A DNA stretch of 63,483 nucleotides from Okamejei kenojei (Eukaryota): assembly GCA_035221665.1 (NCBI GenBank), contig CM069132.1:61876001-61939483 (forward strand), given 5' to 3'. Below the pieces are notes generated by a model. It had not been told where the DNA came from, did not search any database, and worked only from the letters and a program-made list of their open reading frames with translations. Positions 39,546 through 54,383 of the stretch are shown one piece after another. Within the stretch, counting starts at the first letter, position 1; each line of letters opens with the position of its first letter. The translations under genes and the position numbers were made by a program.

Positions 39546-41349
39546 GAGCGCAAATTCAAAGGAAGTTATCCTGGGCCTTTCTGTTTGGTAGTGAGTTATT
39601 ACATGCTCATTCTGCTAAACAGTTCAGAAAAAAAATCGTATATCTGTTTGTTTTCGTTGTTCCTCCCCTTGAGCTTGTGTCTATGTATAATTGGTAGAGG
39701 AAGTGTTCAAATAATTCGCATTCCATAGGATACAATAATTATACGGTGTAGGATTAATTGTTTTATAAATGCGAAGTGTGAATGTTTCTGCTTCTCTAGT
39801 CGTTACTATGTGATGGGTTGCTCCACAGATAATGATCCAGTTGTTTCAATGGATAGTTTGCTCCGTAGATATAATTTGACAGTCTTAAAATAAATGAATG
39901 TTGTAGATATGCCCATTTGCTAATGATACATATTGCATTGTATATGTCCATAATTTGCTTTCATGTTGTTATATTTGGCCAATTAAGAGGGCACAGTATT
40001 CAGTTAGGTCGAGCCATTCTTTCCCCAACAAAGAAAACAATTATATATGCTTTTATCTTGACATTGGTAGGATAAACCAAGCTAGGTTGGTAACGCTTTC
40101 GCTTTAAATTGAAAATTTGAAGATAAAATATCTTAAATATATATTAAGATATACATTAATATATAAGGAAAATAAGGTGCCCGATTTTTGAGCTTAGCCT
40201 TTAACATAAGCTGCCGAAAACTTTTGTATTAAATAAGCTGTGAAAGGAAACTTAGCACTGTGAAATTGATCGGTTGATGTCCTTGTTTCAGGTTAAAAAA
40301 ATGGACTGTATACGTGGTAGGAATGACTATTTGGTTTCTGGGTCCATTAAAAAGGGCAGTTTTCACTAAATGCACAAGTAAAGACGTAGCTAGAGCCGCG
40401 ATTAAATTATAAAACATTCTTCATAATATTTATTACAGAGAACCTAGACATAGTATCAGACACAAAGCTTATGTTTTGATTAGGCAGATCTATTTGTAAA
40501 GTGCGCTGCCTTTTGTTAGATAATATAGAGCATTTGCTAATCGAACCAACACAGAATGCTGCTAAAAAACATTATTTCCACCTAAATTGGACACAAAACA
40601 ACGTTTATTTACCAGTTGAAAAGGGGTTCTGGTTTAGGATGCATTAAGTAATAAAGTAAAGTGGAAAGATATAAACGCATTTTCAGCATACGTGACATGC
40701 GTTTTAAGAAAACGAAGGTTGGTTTGAGAATTTAAGTGCGGGGTGGCTTCGAAATTTCCGCAGATGCACGAAGAACTCTAAGATTATGAGCCATGCAGAC
40801 AAAATAAAAAAAATTAAGATGAAAAGAATTAGCATTTTGATGCTGCACAATACCGTTTCCCCCCTGAACTAATCAGCGATGACAGCCGAAGGGTACGTAC
40901 ATCGCAAAATGTACATCTAAAATTAAACCTAATTTTTAAAATTTCAAAACAAACCAGCTACAAGAAAACGTCGAGTCCTGTCTCTATCATCATCAGCGCT
41001 AGCTTTTTTTTTCTATATAAAAAAACAGCTCTCGTGGATTAAACAAATGTACTGATGTGCGGCGTGGATCTTTTTTTGAAAGATGCTCTTCTCATTGGTT
41101 TATGTGATTTATTCTACGAAATGTAACGGTTAAGTTTGAAATGTGTGGTAGCCTTAATTCGACCCGAGGCCGATTTCCCCGTTCATCAGAACCACAGTCA
41201 CATAGCCTCAGTCTCCAGAGGGTGGCGCGCAAGGACAACCCAAAGCCAGTGCTGGGAGCAGCCGGCGCGCCCCCGTGCGCGTTCCCTTCTTCCTTTCTTC
41301 CTCGCAACCTTCCAATTTGTAGCCACAGTGCATGGATTTACCTCTAGAG

Positions 41350-41489
41350 NNNNNNNNNNNNNNNNNNNNNNNNNNNNNNNNNNNNNNNNNNNNNNNNNNN
41401 NNNNNNNNNNNNNNNNNNNNNNNNNNNNNNNNNNNNNNNNNNNNNNNNNNNNNNNNNNNNNNNNNNNNNNNNNNNNNNNNNNNNNNNNN
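41350..41489. other. Assembly gap (N run) over the HoxA5 promoter/5' UTR
   Basis: Ns in the sequence. Confidence 1.
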
Positions 41490-41548
41490 GACGCACAAAC
41501 GACCAAGAGCCACAAATCAAGTAAAAAATAAATAAATAAAAAAATCAA

Positions 41549-42125
41549 ATGAGCTCTTACTTTGTAAACTCATTCTGCGGTCGCTATCCAAATGGCCCGG
41601 ACTACCAGTTACATAATTATGGAGATCATAGCTCGGTGAACGAGCAATACAGGGATTCTGCAACGATGCATTCCAGCAGGTACGGCTACGGTTACAATGG
41701 GATGGATCTCAGCATTAGCCGTCCAGCATCTAACCACTTTAATGCCAGTGAAAGATCTCGAAGCTACCCTGCAGGAGCAACAACAGCAGCAGCAGGACCA
41801 GAAGCAGGAGCAGACACCAGGTACAACCAACCTGCCACGTCCACTCAATCTCCTTCACCTGACCCTCTGCCCTGCTCCGCCGTGGTCAGTCCGCCTGCCA
41901 GTGACAACCACCCCGGAATCAAAAACTCCATAGCAAGCCCAACTACCTCCTCAAATTCCAGCAGCAGCAGCAGTCAAATCAGTAGAGATGGGGTTGGCAC
42001 GTCGCCTGGTACTGAGGATGACACCCCGGCAAGCAGCGACCCTCCAAGTTCACAGAACGGACAAGGCACAGCACAGCAGCAGCCTCAGATTTACCCCTGG
42101 ATGCGAAAACTGCACATAAGTCACG
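41549..42125 (+). CDS. hoxa5: Homeobox protein Hox-A5, exon 1
   Basis: [30 protein letters not shown] (A5-diagnostic) and [13 protein letters not shown]. Donor CACG|GTAAAC at 42125/42126. Confidence 0.97.
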
Positions 42126-42473
42126 GTAAACCACCTTTCATCTTTGCATTAGTGGAATCTCAAATTACTTTGCACCCTGTAAATCAAAACGCTAAATATA
42201 TTCGCTGTGATTTCTGTCAGGATCATATTTTATAAGTTGTAATTATATTTGTAACCATTTGCGTGAGGGGGATAATATTAGGAAGGTATCCAGTTACGTG
42301 TCACTGTGGTATGGGTAAATAAGAATTGTTAGGTTGAAAAAGGTGTGGTTGATAATAGGACAGCTTCGGCCAAGTGGAGACTTCAACATTTTGTTCCAGT
42401 TAAGTTTCTAAAGTCATTTTACTATGAAGGCGCACAAGGAGCATAAAGGTTAATGTAGACAGGCGGGTGGTAG

Positions 42474-42833
<360 letters not shown>

Positions 42834-44274
42834 TCAATAGAAGCACTGGGCAGTAGCTGACCAATTAGCATAATGTCAATACAGTACTGACTTCCAAAAC
42901 TCTTTTTCCCGTGTTACTTCTATGAAGAAAAGCATTTCCATGTTGCCGTATTCCAATCTTTGCATCGTTAGTCTGCTTTCTGGTCGTACTGTTGCCTGTA
43001 CAAGTCATTGCTTACAGTATATTGTCTAGGAATAGGATAGCCTTGTGAATTATAGCTGTTTAACTTATTTATATTAATACAAGCGGTATTACTTGAAGTA
43101 ACTGTATAAAATCGTCCAGTAAAATGTAATTATGTGTTGCACTCTGCAAAAAAAAGTGTATGTATGTATTAGTGTTGCTAAATGTCAAAATAGCTCCAAG
43201 CTTGCAATACGTATTTAATTTCAGACCATCGTCCTCTGTATTGGATATCGTGGTGTTAAATCACTGAAATGCTACCTATTCTGTGTTATTAGTGAGCAGT
43301 GAATTTTGTGAAGGGTATTGCGACTTTGAACTGTATGTCTATGCTGTGCCTTTGTATGACTTTGCACGAATTCCAATAAGTGGCTCTTAGCGCAGCGTCG
43401 GTGTATGTTTTTTGTGACAAAGGATAACTATAAAGCCTAAAAGACTGGCAGTTTAAGAAATTAGTGATGAGCTTTTGTATTTGTTTTTAAAACTGACTGG
43501 AAGTTAAAATAAAGTTTCTATAGTAACTTTCCTGCTCTTTAGCCTCCCAAATAAGTATTTATCTTGCGTTTGTTGTCTTGTGCATTAAAATATTTCTACT
43601 AATTACGTTTAACATAGTTTTTGTCCAAACCTCCTAAGAAAAGTACATGCTTGACCTATTTTTTATAATTTTGCCCCATTTATCTGGAGGAAAAGTCTGC
43701 AGATTGGTTTAGCGTAGGTATTGAAGTTGCGCAAACTTATAAAGGCGGGTCTTTAAGCAATGCATTTCAAATGTTCTTATTAGTGCAAATGGCGGAATTC
43801 GGTAGAAATCAGTACACTTAATATTTACACATGGTGCTAAATTGTAGTATGGTGTTTTTTACGCATTTCGAAGTGAATACGTCCGCCTCTTGAATCCCAT
43901 TTCTTGCGCACTGATATTTGCGCACCGTTTGCTCAACTGTACTGCTCAACGCCAATTTCTTTGTTGCTGCTCTTACTGTTCTTCCATTTGAACAAACCCT
44001 TTTGATAGACCTGATTTCTCTGAAACTGTATAGTGTGGGTCTGAGGAAAAATTGTACCCTGAAGCATTTCAAACACTTTGTCCCGAAGGTAGGCGAGAGT
44101 CACGATCTCTCAACTCCTTGCTAAAGTGTAGCGTAAACCTTTTCCAACAGGTATTTTCACTTTACAGAGTTAACTTTACTTACCGCGACAAAGCAGGGCA
44201 GAAAAGTCACCACTTAGCTCCTGACAGCAAGGAGATCAGCACTTTCACCCTTTCTGCTGAGTGAGTGCTTGTCC

Positions 44275-44639
44275 TTTAAAGTTATAAACAGTAAACTTTT
44301 ATACACCTCAGTTCCGGCTATATGACATTTGGGTGCCAAATGAATAGGGTTTTGTCTATGAATTAGATCGTAAAATCATCCATAGCACAGACTGATAGCC
44401 TCACTGGCTATAAAAAATCACGTGGTGTCATTAAAGTAAGTTTTATGGTTTTGGGGAGTTGACAACCAACAGTATATTCTACATAACATATAATCTCACT
44501 GACGCTGGACTTCATTTGGCTCCTTTGCAGATTGCGTGTGCAGACAAGCCACTCAAATGGCTAATCTTCTTGTTCAGAGGACTATCCACAGCTCCACCAC
44601 TCCAGTGTACAGGAAAGTTGTATTTTCTTGCAACACAAG
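44275..44639 (+). promoter_or_regulatory. Conserved Hox5-Hox4 intergenic element (Cdx sites, E-box) and candidate non-coding first exon
   Basis: ATCGTAAAATCATCC, ATCACGTGG, GTTTTATGG and TATA-like motifs; donor CAAG|GTAATT at 44639/44640. Confidence 0.65.
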
Positions 44640-46407
44640 GTAATTTTTGTTGAAATATTATCATTACAGTTCGCAAAGAAGTTTGGCCCAGTAAAACAGG
44701 CCTTAAGTAGCACCCAGAGTGCATTGAGGCAGAAATGAGTCTGGGTAAACTACCGATTCATTTCTTGCTGCGTTCAAATGAAGCTTCTACTTTACAAACT
44801 GGGTAGGAAATAAAAAGGATAGATTAGGCAAGGAAATAATTTTGAGAGAGGCGTTTGGGTTCCATTAATAAAAATGTGTGTAACAGGTTTTTGAAAGACA
44901 CGATTATGTCTTACCAGAAGCTATTGGTGCTGTATAGTACCTCAATACTGTGGACAGAATATTCCTATTTCTATCTCGCAAGCTCAGATGTGCTATTTTC
45001 TTTTCTTATCTGTGATTTGCTTGAGGGAAATGTTATCCTGCTGTTGTGACAAGTCTCCTATTGGTGCCATTATTGAGTTTATGTTTCAAATGTGTTAATT
45101 GTCCTGCAATTTGGGAAGTTACGGGGCACTGATACTTTAATGAGTAGGATATGTGTTGCTTGAAGAGTTCCAATATAAACGCAGTCGGCATACACGATCT
45201 GATTAAGGCTCACACATTCAGGCAAACCATTCTCTTCCCCAACCCCCTCCACGAAATTGAACTTTTATGACGCTAATCATCATTCCTTTGAGGAATTAGA
45301 GAACGTAATATAACTAAAGGTGTAATTTGGGGGGGAAAAAATTATTTACGACCTAACATGAGGCATGTGTGCGAATGTAACACATGAATTGTTTAAAATA
45401 GTGAAATACAGCCAATGGAAGGACTGCTGCAACTTTAACTAACTATTGTAAGATCAACATTGTTGTTGGTGAATTGCGAGTTTCCCACAGTAGTGGCTGA
45501 CGAACCATAAACTTTATGACCGATTTTTCATTCTTTGAAGCTTCCGCTAGTCTAGTGCGTAGGAGACTTCCAAGTATAATCTAAGACTTCTTGAAGATAC
45601 TATTTCTGAACTACGAAAATTGTTTCCCCAATTGAGAACACAATTTATTACCTTCTATGGATATTCAAATTTCACTTAAAACGTCTAAGGCAGTCTATAG
45701 TGTATGAAGTGGAGTTGGTAGGCGGCTACGCGATTAAAGAGGTTGAAAGCAATTACCCTCCAAAACTTCCACTCAAAACATTCCACTGTAATTAGGTCCG
45801 TTTTACGATGTGCTATAAAAATCCAACAGTAAATAAAGGAAATCGGCCCCTGTATCAGTACAGCAGTTCCGGATCGGCCCTGTCATTCGCGTCAATCTGT
45901 TGTAATTTCCTTTGTATTAGTTTACATTTAAATATGACAGTTTAATATATCATCTGTCCGGATCACTTAAATTCCTCTTATAACAAGACGAAACGATGTT
46001 TAGTTTCACTCGCTGCTAGAGTGGCATTCAGACCAAGATTACTTGTTACTTATAACAGTTATTACTGATTTACTTGAACTAATTCCTAAACATCAGTGAT
46101 AATATATTATTTCGTTTCAAACAATACCCAAAGGTTTGTGCATTTGATATCATATACGGAACTTGAGAAAGCATATCATTAAAAAAACAGAGTCTCCAAA
46201 CTGGGCAAACAAGCTGGAGGGGCATAACGTAGGGCTAAAAGATTATATGTATATACTACCCAAATTGGTAACCGCTCACAGTTGTGCAATGCAGATATTC
46301 TGTGGGGACCAATGGTACCGAATGGTTTATGGTTCTTTCCTAAAAGAGGTAGCATCAAGAAGGTAGCTTTCCTCCACAGCCTTCTTTCCATTTTCACTAA
46401 ACTGTGG

Positions 46408-46554
46408 NNNNNNNNNNNNNNNNNNNNNNNNNNNNNNNNNNNNNNNNNNNNNNNNNNNNNNNNNNNNNNNNNNNNNNNNNNNNNNNNNNNNNNNNNNNNN
46501 NNNNNNNNNNNNNNNNNNNNNNNNNNNNNNNNNNNNNNNNNNNNNNNNNNNNNN
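46408..46554. other. Assembly gap (N run)
   Basis: Ns in the sequence. Confidence 1.
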
Positions 46555-48109
46555 AACTAATTTCTGAGGAGAATTGTGTGTGTTTGCCTTTCAGATGATT
46601 TCTTTCTATGGTTTGAGTCTGCCATTTTACGTAAACGATATTTTCATTATTGGGGCGTCTTTTACGAAGTTGTTCTTCAAGAAGACCCTTGGCCAAAGAC
46701 ATAACACGCAGTACAAAGGCAATCTGTTCCGTGAGTCAAACATAAATTATCAATAAATTAAATTTCCGTCAGAACAGAATATTTAATCTGAAATTATAGT
46801 GAATCAACTTTCCCTTAAAAAGCTGCTTTGCAATGTCTAAATCGGATATAACTGCAAAAATATTTTGGTTTCTTAAATAATCTATTGGTTAAGTTTCATT
46901 TGAGGAACTTATTTCAGAGCTTTAACGTATCATATATTTATCCTTTAAGACGCCATCTCATTAATCGATGGTTAAAATTAAAAGCAGCCTCTGTACCTCT
47001 CAGGCAACAATTCTCTTATCGCGGTAAAAATATAAATGTAAAACAAATGAAAGGTTGTGTGTGCTAAAGAGATGGACGCCATAAAATCTGGAATGCGACG
47101 TGCTTACGTTTCGTCTGTGCTAAGGGCATCGAAAGGGCACCACGTTCTTCAATTGCAATGTATGCTAGTTTTTCTGTGGATAGAATAGAAGTTTCCCTAA
47201 ACTGCATACATGAGATTCTTTCTCAAATCTAGAGCAAGGTACAGGCAATTTAATGGTGCAATTTAATTGTTATGTATGAAACGAATGCAGCTTTATATTA
47301 TGCAACACACTTCTGGGGCCCCCCTTCAGTGGATTTTTGTTGGGGGTGGAAAGGGCGTCTAGCAGTATTGAGATTTCATATTTATGAGTAAAGTAAGATA
47401 CTTGCTTTGCCATTCATTACAGCACAAAATAACCTGGAGTAAGTGGTAATATTCATGTTTATGAACATTATGCGTTACCACACAGCTTATCCAAAGGATA
47501 AATACATATAAATGTAGGTGTGAGAATATTATCCACGTGATAACCTAACACATAATGTCAGATTACTCAGCAAGTTGAATAAGTGTTTTGCCGACTAATT
47601 TCCTTCTCCAGTAGTATTTAGTTTTCCTGTTTGACTTTTAACGATATAGTTAGATGAAATATCTAAATTCTTAAAATGAAGGATATTAACAGAACGTAAC
47701 ACACATATACTCTCATGGCTTGAGTCGTATTCAAATGTTATTGCTTTATTTGTATGAACTCCCTTGATACGAATGTTCGTGGTATTAACTGTATTTCAGT
47801 CGAGACAAATAGTGATCTTAAGAAATAGATTGTTATTCAAAACGCTGCCATGATGTTTTCACCCGTAAAGTTTTGACTGCAGTATGACCTTGCAGAAATA
47901 TAGACCTTGTTAAGTGCCCCTGAAATGGTTTCATTAATAACTGCTGTGTTCGCTGGTATAGTAGATATAATAACCGCCTGAAGAATTGCGTACGTTTCAT
48001 TGTATCCTGCTGTAGTGGGAAAGGGGGGAAACATAGGTGGCATCACTAAATAAACCGGTATAGTCTTTTATTTTATTAGCAGAGATTTGTCCTTCATAAA
48101 ATAAAAAGC

Positions 48110-48113
48110 GTGC

Positions 48114-48159
<46 letters not shown>

Positions 48160-48188
48160 CGGGGGGGGGGGGGGGGGGGGGGGGGGGG
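48110..48188. repeat. (TG)n microsatellite joined to a poly-G tract
   Basis: Directly visible; G run at 48161-48188. Confidence 0.95.
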
Positions 48189-48643
48189 CATGTATGGGAA
48201 AGTACAAATGAATTCTCATGCACACCTTCTCTAAATAAGATATCGTTGCCCAACGATAGAAATAGCAATTTGAATTACCTGTATTTATGCGTTTGGATTT
48301 GTTAACGCGCGGAGGCAGGAAAGGGTAAATTGAAATAATCTTTTGGAGACAGTTTAGAATCACAGAAAAAAAACGTAACACCGTTTATTATTTCTCCTCT
48401 TCCTTTTGATATTTAATGTCTGTAGTTGAACTTAAGATAATTCGTAGTGTATTTTTTTTAATCTTCAGAACGAACGAACCTCAGTCTTGCCAAGGGACAT
48501 AAAAATGCGCACCTCTTTTGCTACAATATACAATTTGGATTGGAAATGTTTTGATGGTGTGGGGGATTTTCGTTCCTTAGATCACAGAGAATATGTTTTC
48601 AGAAAGGAAAAATAAGGAATTGAAGGAAATTGTATCTGCACAC

Positions 48644-48668
48644 TCTGCGACTCACCAGCAGAGCTCGC
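48644..48668 (+). promoter_or_regulatory. Candidate CTCF site between HoxA5 and HoxA4
   Basis: Core CCAGCAGAGCTCGC preceded by an upstream-motif-like CTGCGA. Confidence 0.4.
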
Positions 48669-51443
48669 TTTAGACCAAGTTCACAGTCAGTTTTAGCATG
48701 GGCTGAGAGCTCACGTATCCATTGTTCTATCTGTGGAACAGGGAAAAAACGAAAATGCTAAAGTAAACTCACGCTAAATTGATTTGTTTTTTTTCGCTGT
48801 GCTGTCTAAAATTACATCGGCTGGTCGCTGCAATAAAAAAACTTACCCAGTTTGGAACATCCAACAAAATAAAGGAGCACTTGAATGAACAGCTTGCAGA
48901 CTGTTGAGGTTCATGCCATTTTTGAGATTAAAGGAGCGCTTCACTTATGGGGGAGCAGGGTGGGAAGAGGGTTGGTGAAGGGCAGAGGGGGAGGGGTGGT
49001 GGGGGTTCTTTTAGCCTTCCCAATCTTGAAATTAGCCGTACATCATGAAAATAGTGAACGAAAAGGGATATTATTTAGTCCCCAATGGTGCCTTGAAAAA
49101 AGCTCCCTGTACGGTGGTTGGCAGGGCGGTACAACTATAGGTCAAAAAGTTGAGGGTCAAAAGTTTACGTTTTGCACGACTTGCAATCATCTGCTCAGAC
49201 AGAGTTTGATGTCAATGTTATAGCACGATCTTGACTATCAGCACAAAAGATAAAATTGCTTTGAGTTACCCGTGTATCATGCTATGGACTCCAGGTGAAC
49301 CCTAGCGACTGAACGACCTCAATTACTGACGAAAGGAAAGAAAAAAATGTTCTTTTCATGATCGAGACACATTGTATTTCATATTGAATAATCGACTACG
49401 GTATTTTTTCTATCTGCTGTGTCAATGTATCAGGTAAATCTTCAGTAACTGTACAAAAACCAAACGACTTTTGTCGAAACAAATACAATTGTTTTATTTA
49501 GATTCTTCATTTTTCTGCCTGAAAAACATGTTAGGGGTTAAGATGCAGCCTGCCTGTCGAATTCCACTATACAGCAGCGTGCACAATCCACCCCAAGGCA
49601 AAGATTGACATCAATTAGATTTAGATTCAGAGAAACCTTCTTGCAAAAAAAGAAATGTAGAACAACTGCTGCTAATTTAGAATTAATGAAGACTTCACAG
49701 GTACATATGTTCGAAATGACATCTAGTTTAAATCATAAAATTATATAGGGATGTGGCCTATGCAATACTTCATTTAATTCTGTTTTGCTCACTTGGTTAG
49801 AAGTGTAGCCTTTAAAAGCAAAACGACATAAATATAATGCTGCTTAAATCTTATTTACATCCTTGAATACTTTTATTTATTTGAACAAGTATATGACGAA
49901 GACTCTCTTGTTTTCTTTACCGTTTAAATATATAATAGCAATGATTTACACACGAGTCAGCACTGGAACCATTATAATGGCTAATGCTAAAAATGTGTTG
50001 CAGATTAATATTGACTATGCTTGCAGTGTTAAAAGTAAAGAATTGAATCAGAGAAGGACAAATGTTGTCTAGGGCATTAAACTTAGATATACCGAATATC
50101 TGCTCACAGTTAGTTGCACTATTGCCGTTTGGTCATATTAAACATAAAGATCAAGTCCATTTTATAAAGATCGTTAGAAACCTTAAAGCGTTCACATATA
50201 TGTTTGTTAGGTCTTTGGATTTTCACGGTAGCAAGTTACAAGAAACTGGATTCAATGTATTTCGCAAATCAACATTACAGTTCTACCTTGGAACTGGAGA
50301 ATGCGTGCTTTCGAAAATCATTGGCACACAGGTAATGGGTTAGTTTAAATAAATTACAGAAATTAGAGATAAACGAAAATAATGCTCGTTACGAGCAGGC
50401 CAAATGGCATAACCCGTATACCGAGAGTTTGCAAAAAGACGAACGATTTCATATGCGGTACGAAAATAAATGCATTATTCAGTAGGTAAAGAAGCCATCT
50501 TTACTCGGAGTCCATATAACCTTCTTCTTCCCCCACCCCACCCGGTCGAATTCCTCTTAAAACATATAATATACATTTACAATACAGATTTCAACATACA
50601 CTCACTTTATGTATGTATGGACAAATAGGAATAAAGCTGCTGATAGAGTAAGTGACAAATGTATAGAGAGTTCGCATGTTTTGGTGAACGGGGAGAACGG
50701 CATGCGATAGTGCAACAAATAGAAATAAAGAGAAGAAGGAAACCCATCATGCATACATTGACCTTTATACCCCCCCTATAAAATGATCGGAAACTTATTT
50801 CAAACGAATCATTTCGTTTTGCAATGTTGACACTAGATTAGTTTGTAAGAAATTTAAAAATATTCCTAACAGGCAATAGAATCGATTGGGAACACTCGAC
50901 CGGTGAATTTGAGGAATAAAAGGTCCACGTGTCACAATTTTAAAACTGAATGTTATAGATTAAAAGCGATGTTTGCCTAAAATAGGTTTCTTTAAGAAGG
51001 ATTACATTCTCAAATAAAAATTTGAAGATGAAATTTGGAACACTTAGCATAGGGATGGGGGCACAAATAAGAGGATTTGAAATTAAATGCAGATGTATTA
51101 GTGAAACAATGCAGCGCTTTGTGCAACTTTTTTGAAAGTTTAAATTAATTTCAAAATCCTAAAAGCAAATTATCCGATCACGGATGTTGTTAAATATTAG
51201 TCGGTATGGTCCCCATTTGTTTTTTCTCTGATCATCAAACAGATATTTACAGATCTATTGATTTTTTCACTCGAAGTTATATTTACAAATGTTTAAAGAC
51301 GGTTATCGAATAGTCTCTATAGACTATATAGACCCATGCATTTTGGCTACTTCTCCCGTCCACAAAGGTAATGACCTGGGCAAAACACCCTGGTATTTGA
51401 AAGAGCACTATAGGCCTTTTAGAAATGGCTAAGTCCAAGGCCG

Positions 51444-51460
51444 AGGTGAAATTCAGGTCA
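51444..51460 (+). promoter_or_regulatory. DR5 retinoic acid response element (Hox4 5' RARE)
   Basis: AGGTGA-aattc-AGGTCA about 2.9 kb upstream of the HoxA4 ATG, within a motif-dense block running to ~51570. Confidence 0.88.
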
Positions 51461-54383
51461 CCGCGTCTAACAAATATGAAAATGTCGCCTCACGAATGGC
51501 ACGCCTTGTTACTTAACAAAGACTGTCAATGTATAAGATTAATAAGAAACAAAATGCACACGGTGTCACTTTTCGGTCACTTCCAAACTTAGCTTCGCGT
51601 ATCCCTTACGAAATCCCATTTCATTGAATAAAACCTTTTGTTTTGTTTCCCGGGTCGAAGTCCAATAAATGCACAGTTGTGCAGCTCTGTGGGATGCGGT
51701 GCAAGCTTGCTCGAAGATGTATCTTCGAAATGTACAATTTTATTTGTTTTATTTTGTTTTTGACTCGGACTCCGGCTGTTTTGACCATATGCCCCAGATA
51801 GAGATGGGAAACAAGTACATTTTGGCATGATACAATCTATTTGATAAACCCCGAGCAGTGCAGATGGATTCGGACGGTCAATGAAGAAAATATTACACCC
51901 TTAATCAACCAAACTACTGATTTGCTGTTCGGAAGAGTTAAGGCTGGTAAAGTGTAATTTCTGATTTATTAAACCGCGAAACAAATCTTCAATTCAGTAC
52001 CTCAGAACTTGGATTCTCTTTTATGTGAAACGGATTTCATCACCACGACTCTTTATAAAATTAAAATTTGATGTAAGTTCTTAAAATGCCCATGATTTGG
52101 AAATGTCGTAAAAAGCGTTAACTTTTCCTTTCTTTTTTAAAATGGCTGTAAATCTAGCCTTGCAGTAAAAATGTCAAACGTGCAAGCAGGCGAGGTAACA
52201 CTTGGGGGTCTTTGCTCCATCTCTGTTTATTATGAAAAAATGCTCTGGCGACTGACCTGCATTTGGACGTCTTCAGAAACGTCCTGTGTTTATACGATAA
52301 GCCTCTAATTCCCTATTTTTCGACAAAGAGCGTAAATATAGACGTGGCCCAAGCTAATTACAGGACTGTTTCATTTACTGGCAAGTTACTTGGTCGGTGC
52401 ACAGCTATGCACCCTAAGTCTGCCTAAGAGAAGGTGAGGGGTTGGGGGGGGGGGGGGGGGGGAGGGGCACAATTATTTTAGGAAGTTTGTCAGAATAAAG
52501 ATTTTGTTTGGCAGAAACTGAGATCTTATGAACATAATTTCGACGAAATTATTTCGTAAATTTTTCAAACAATATTATACACTGTTTAAATAGACACATT
52601 TAATTAAGTTATTCTAGTGGTATGTAAAATAAAATCGCCCAAAATATTAATGATCCTATTTAAATTGTCCCATACATAGCTTCTTTGAATAGTGAGCAGT
52701 GAAAATAAGCATGTATTAATTACACCGAAAGTCAATTGATTTTACAGCTTGGTGTTTAATTGAACGCGTTCTAATGGACGATTACACTGCGCTGCAAAAC
52801 AGGGTGGGTTGGTAAATGTACTCTACTAACTACGTGTTCCAGTGGTTGGAAAAGATTCTCTCTCATCAAATGTGCGCTAATGTGTCTGGATGCAGTGTAT
52901 CGTCCAACACATAAAATTGAGAGTTTAACGCTGCCTTTATTGACAAGAACGAATGTTATGAATCACTTTTATTACAGTCCAGAAAGCATATTTCATATGA
53001 TTACTTGGAAACTATAACGCGCAATGCACCAACTTGGCACTTTTCTGTTATGGCAACTACTTATTTTGTTTATTTTGGATAGAACTGAATTCGAATATAA
53101 GCATGGTAGAATTTTACCAATCAGGTTAACCAATCCAAAAATTAGTTCGTACAATTTAGTGCAAGTTATTATTGCCTTTTAAAAAAAGGAAGTAAACATT
53201 AGAAAGTGTTATCAAATATTACTGGTGCTTTAATCCAATTATATAACAGGTAACAAATATTAAAATTGCATTTTGTTTTCATTTTGTTTTCATGCAGACG
53301 TGACATCAAATGATAGAATCACCTGGTATTCATTTTTTTTAGCTATTAACTTTACAGGGAGATAAAATAACCAACTTTATTTCAGAATTCAAATGTTCAA
53401 AATTGACATAAAGTTTACTAAATTCCCTGCAATAAAGATTCATTCAAATTAATCGCTTTACTGAACAGTTGTGCTGAATGCATTCCTTTTTAAAAAAATA
53501 TAAAAGTAATGCAATCACTATCCACTTTTACTGATCATTTCCAATAACAATGTTCGTTTCATGTCATTTTTATTTCACACCACACAATTAAATCAGTTTT
53601 TAAAAAAGCAATCGAACATTAAACTGACAGTTTGTTTTAACAAAATGTTATTATGCCATGTAGGAATACCAATTGATTACATAACGTTTTGTAATATGCT
53701 TTAAGTAAACATAACAACATTTTCCGACATTCGCTTGGGTTATCGAACATATAGTTAATGTAATTTTACAGAAGGTTCTGCAGTATGATACTCGAAAAGC
53801 CTCATGTGTTATTATAATAAGCATAATAATTTTCAGGATTTTATGGGAATTCTTCTTTCAAGGACTGAATCACAGAATGCCTTTAATGGCATTATTGATT
53901 CCCAAATCCCCTTAATGTCCCGCCGATAAATTGGTGAAAATTGTTTATATCGCCGCATTTTCGGAATAGAATGAACTATTTCAGACATTATCAGACCGCT
54001 GCAGATGTTATCTTGTGATATTTTCCGCGTCACAACATATTTTACAAATATCTGTTTGGATAAAATATCGCAACATCATTGTATATTTTAAGTTATTTTA
54101 CAAGTACTTCTTTTCCAGACTATTTCAGTTCTTTTTTTTCTTTTTATGCGGCAATGTAATTTCAGGGAAACGAGATTTTGAATGATAATATGGATTTTTT
54201 CACTGGACTCCATGCATTCATCATTGGTGTATTTCCTTATCCGGGACCCACTGCCACTCTTCCCATTGGCTGCCGACATCACATGAACAGCTAACTTTAT
54301 ACACTTGACAGCAAGTAGGAGGGTTTTATGGAACAGAAAAACGACAACGCGAGAAAAATTAGTATTTTGCACTTCAGAAATTA

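Noticed and set aside
41215-41228. CCAGAGGGTGGCGC as a HoxA5|6 CTCF site
   Set aside because: It lies in the GC-rich HoxA5 promoter, where such matches occur by chance; cannot be supported without PWM or ChIP data.
53080-53093. TAGAACTGAATTCG, a possible decayed mir-10 remnant 1.3 kb upstream of HoxA4
   Set aside because: The position is suggestive, but the seed is absent and there is no proper hairpin; cannot be told from chance in AT-rich DNA.
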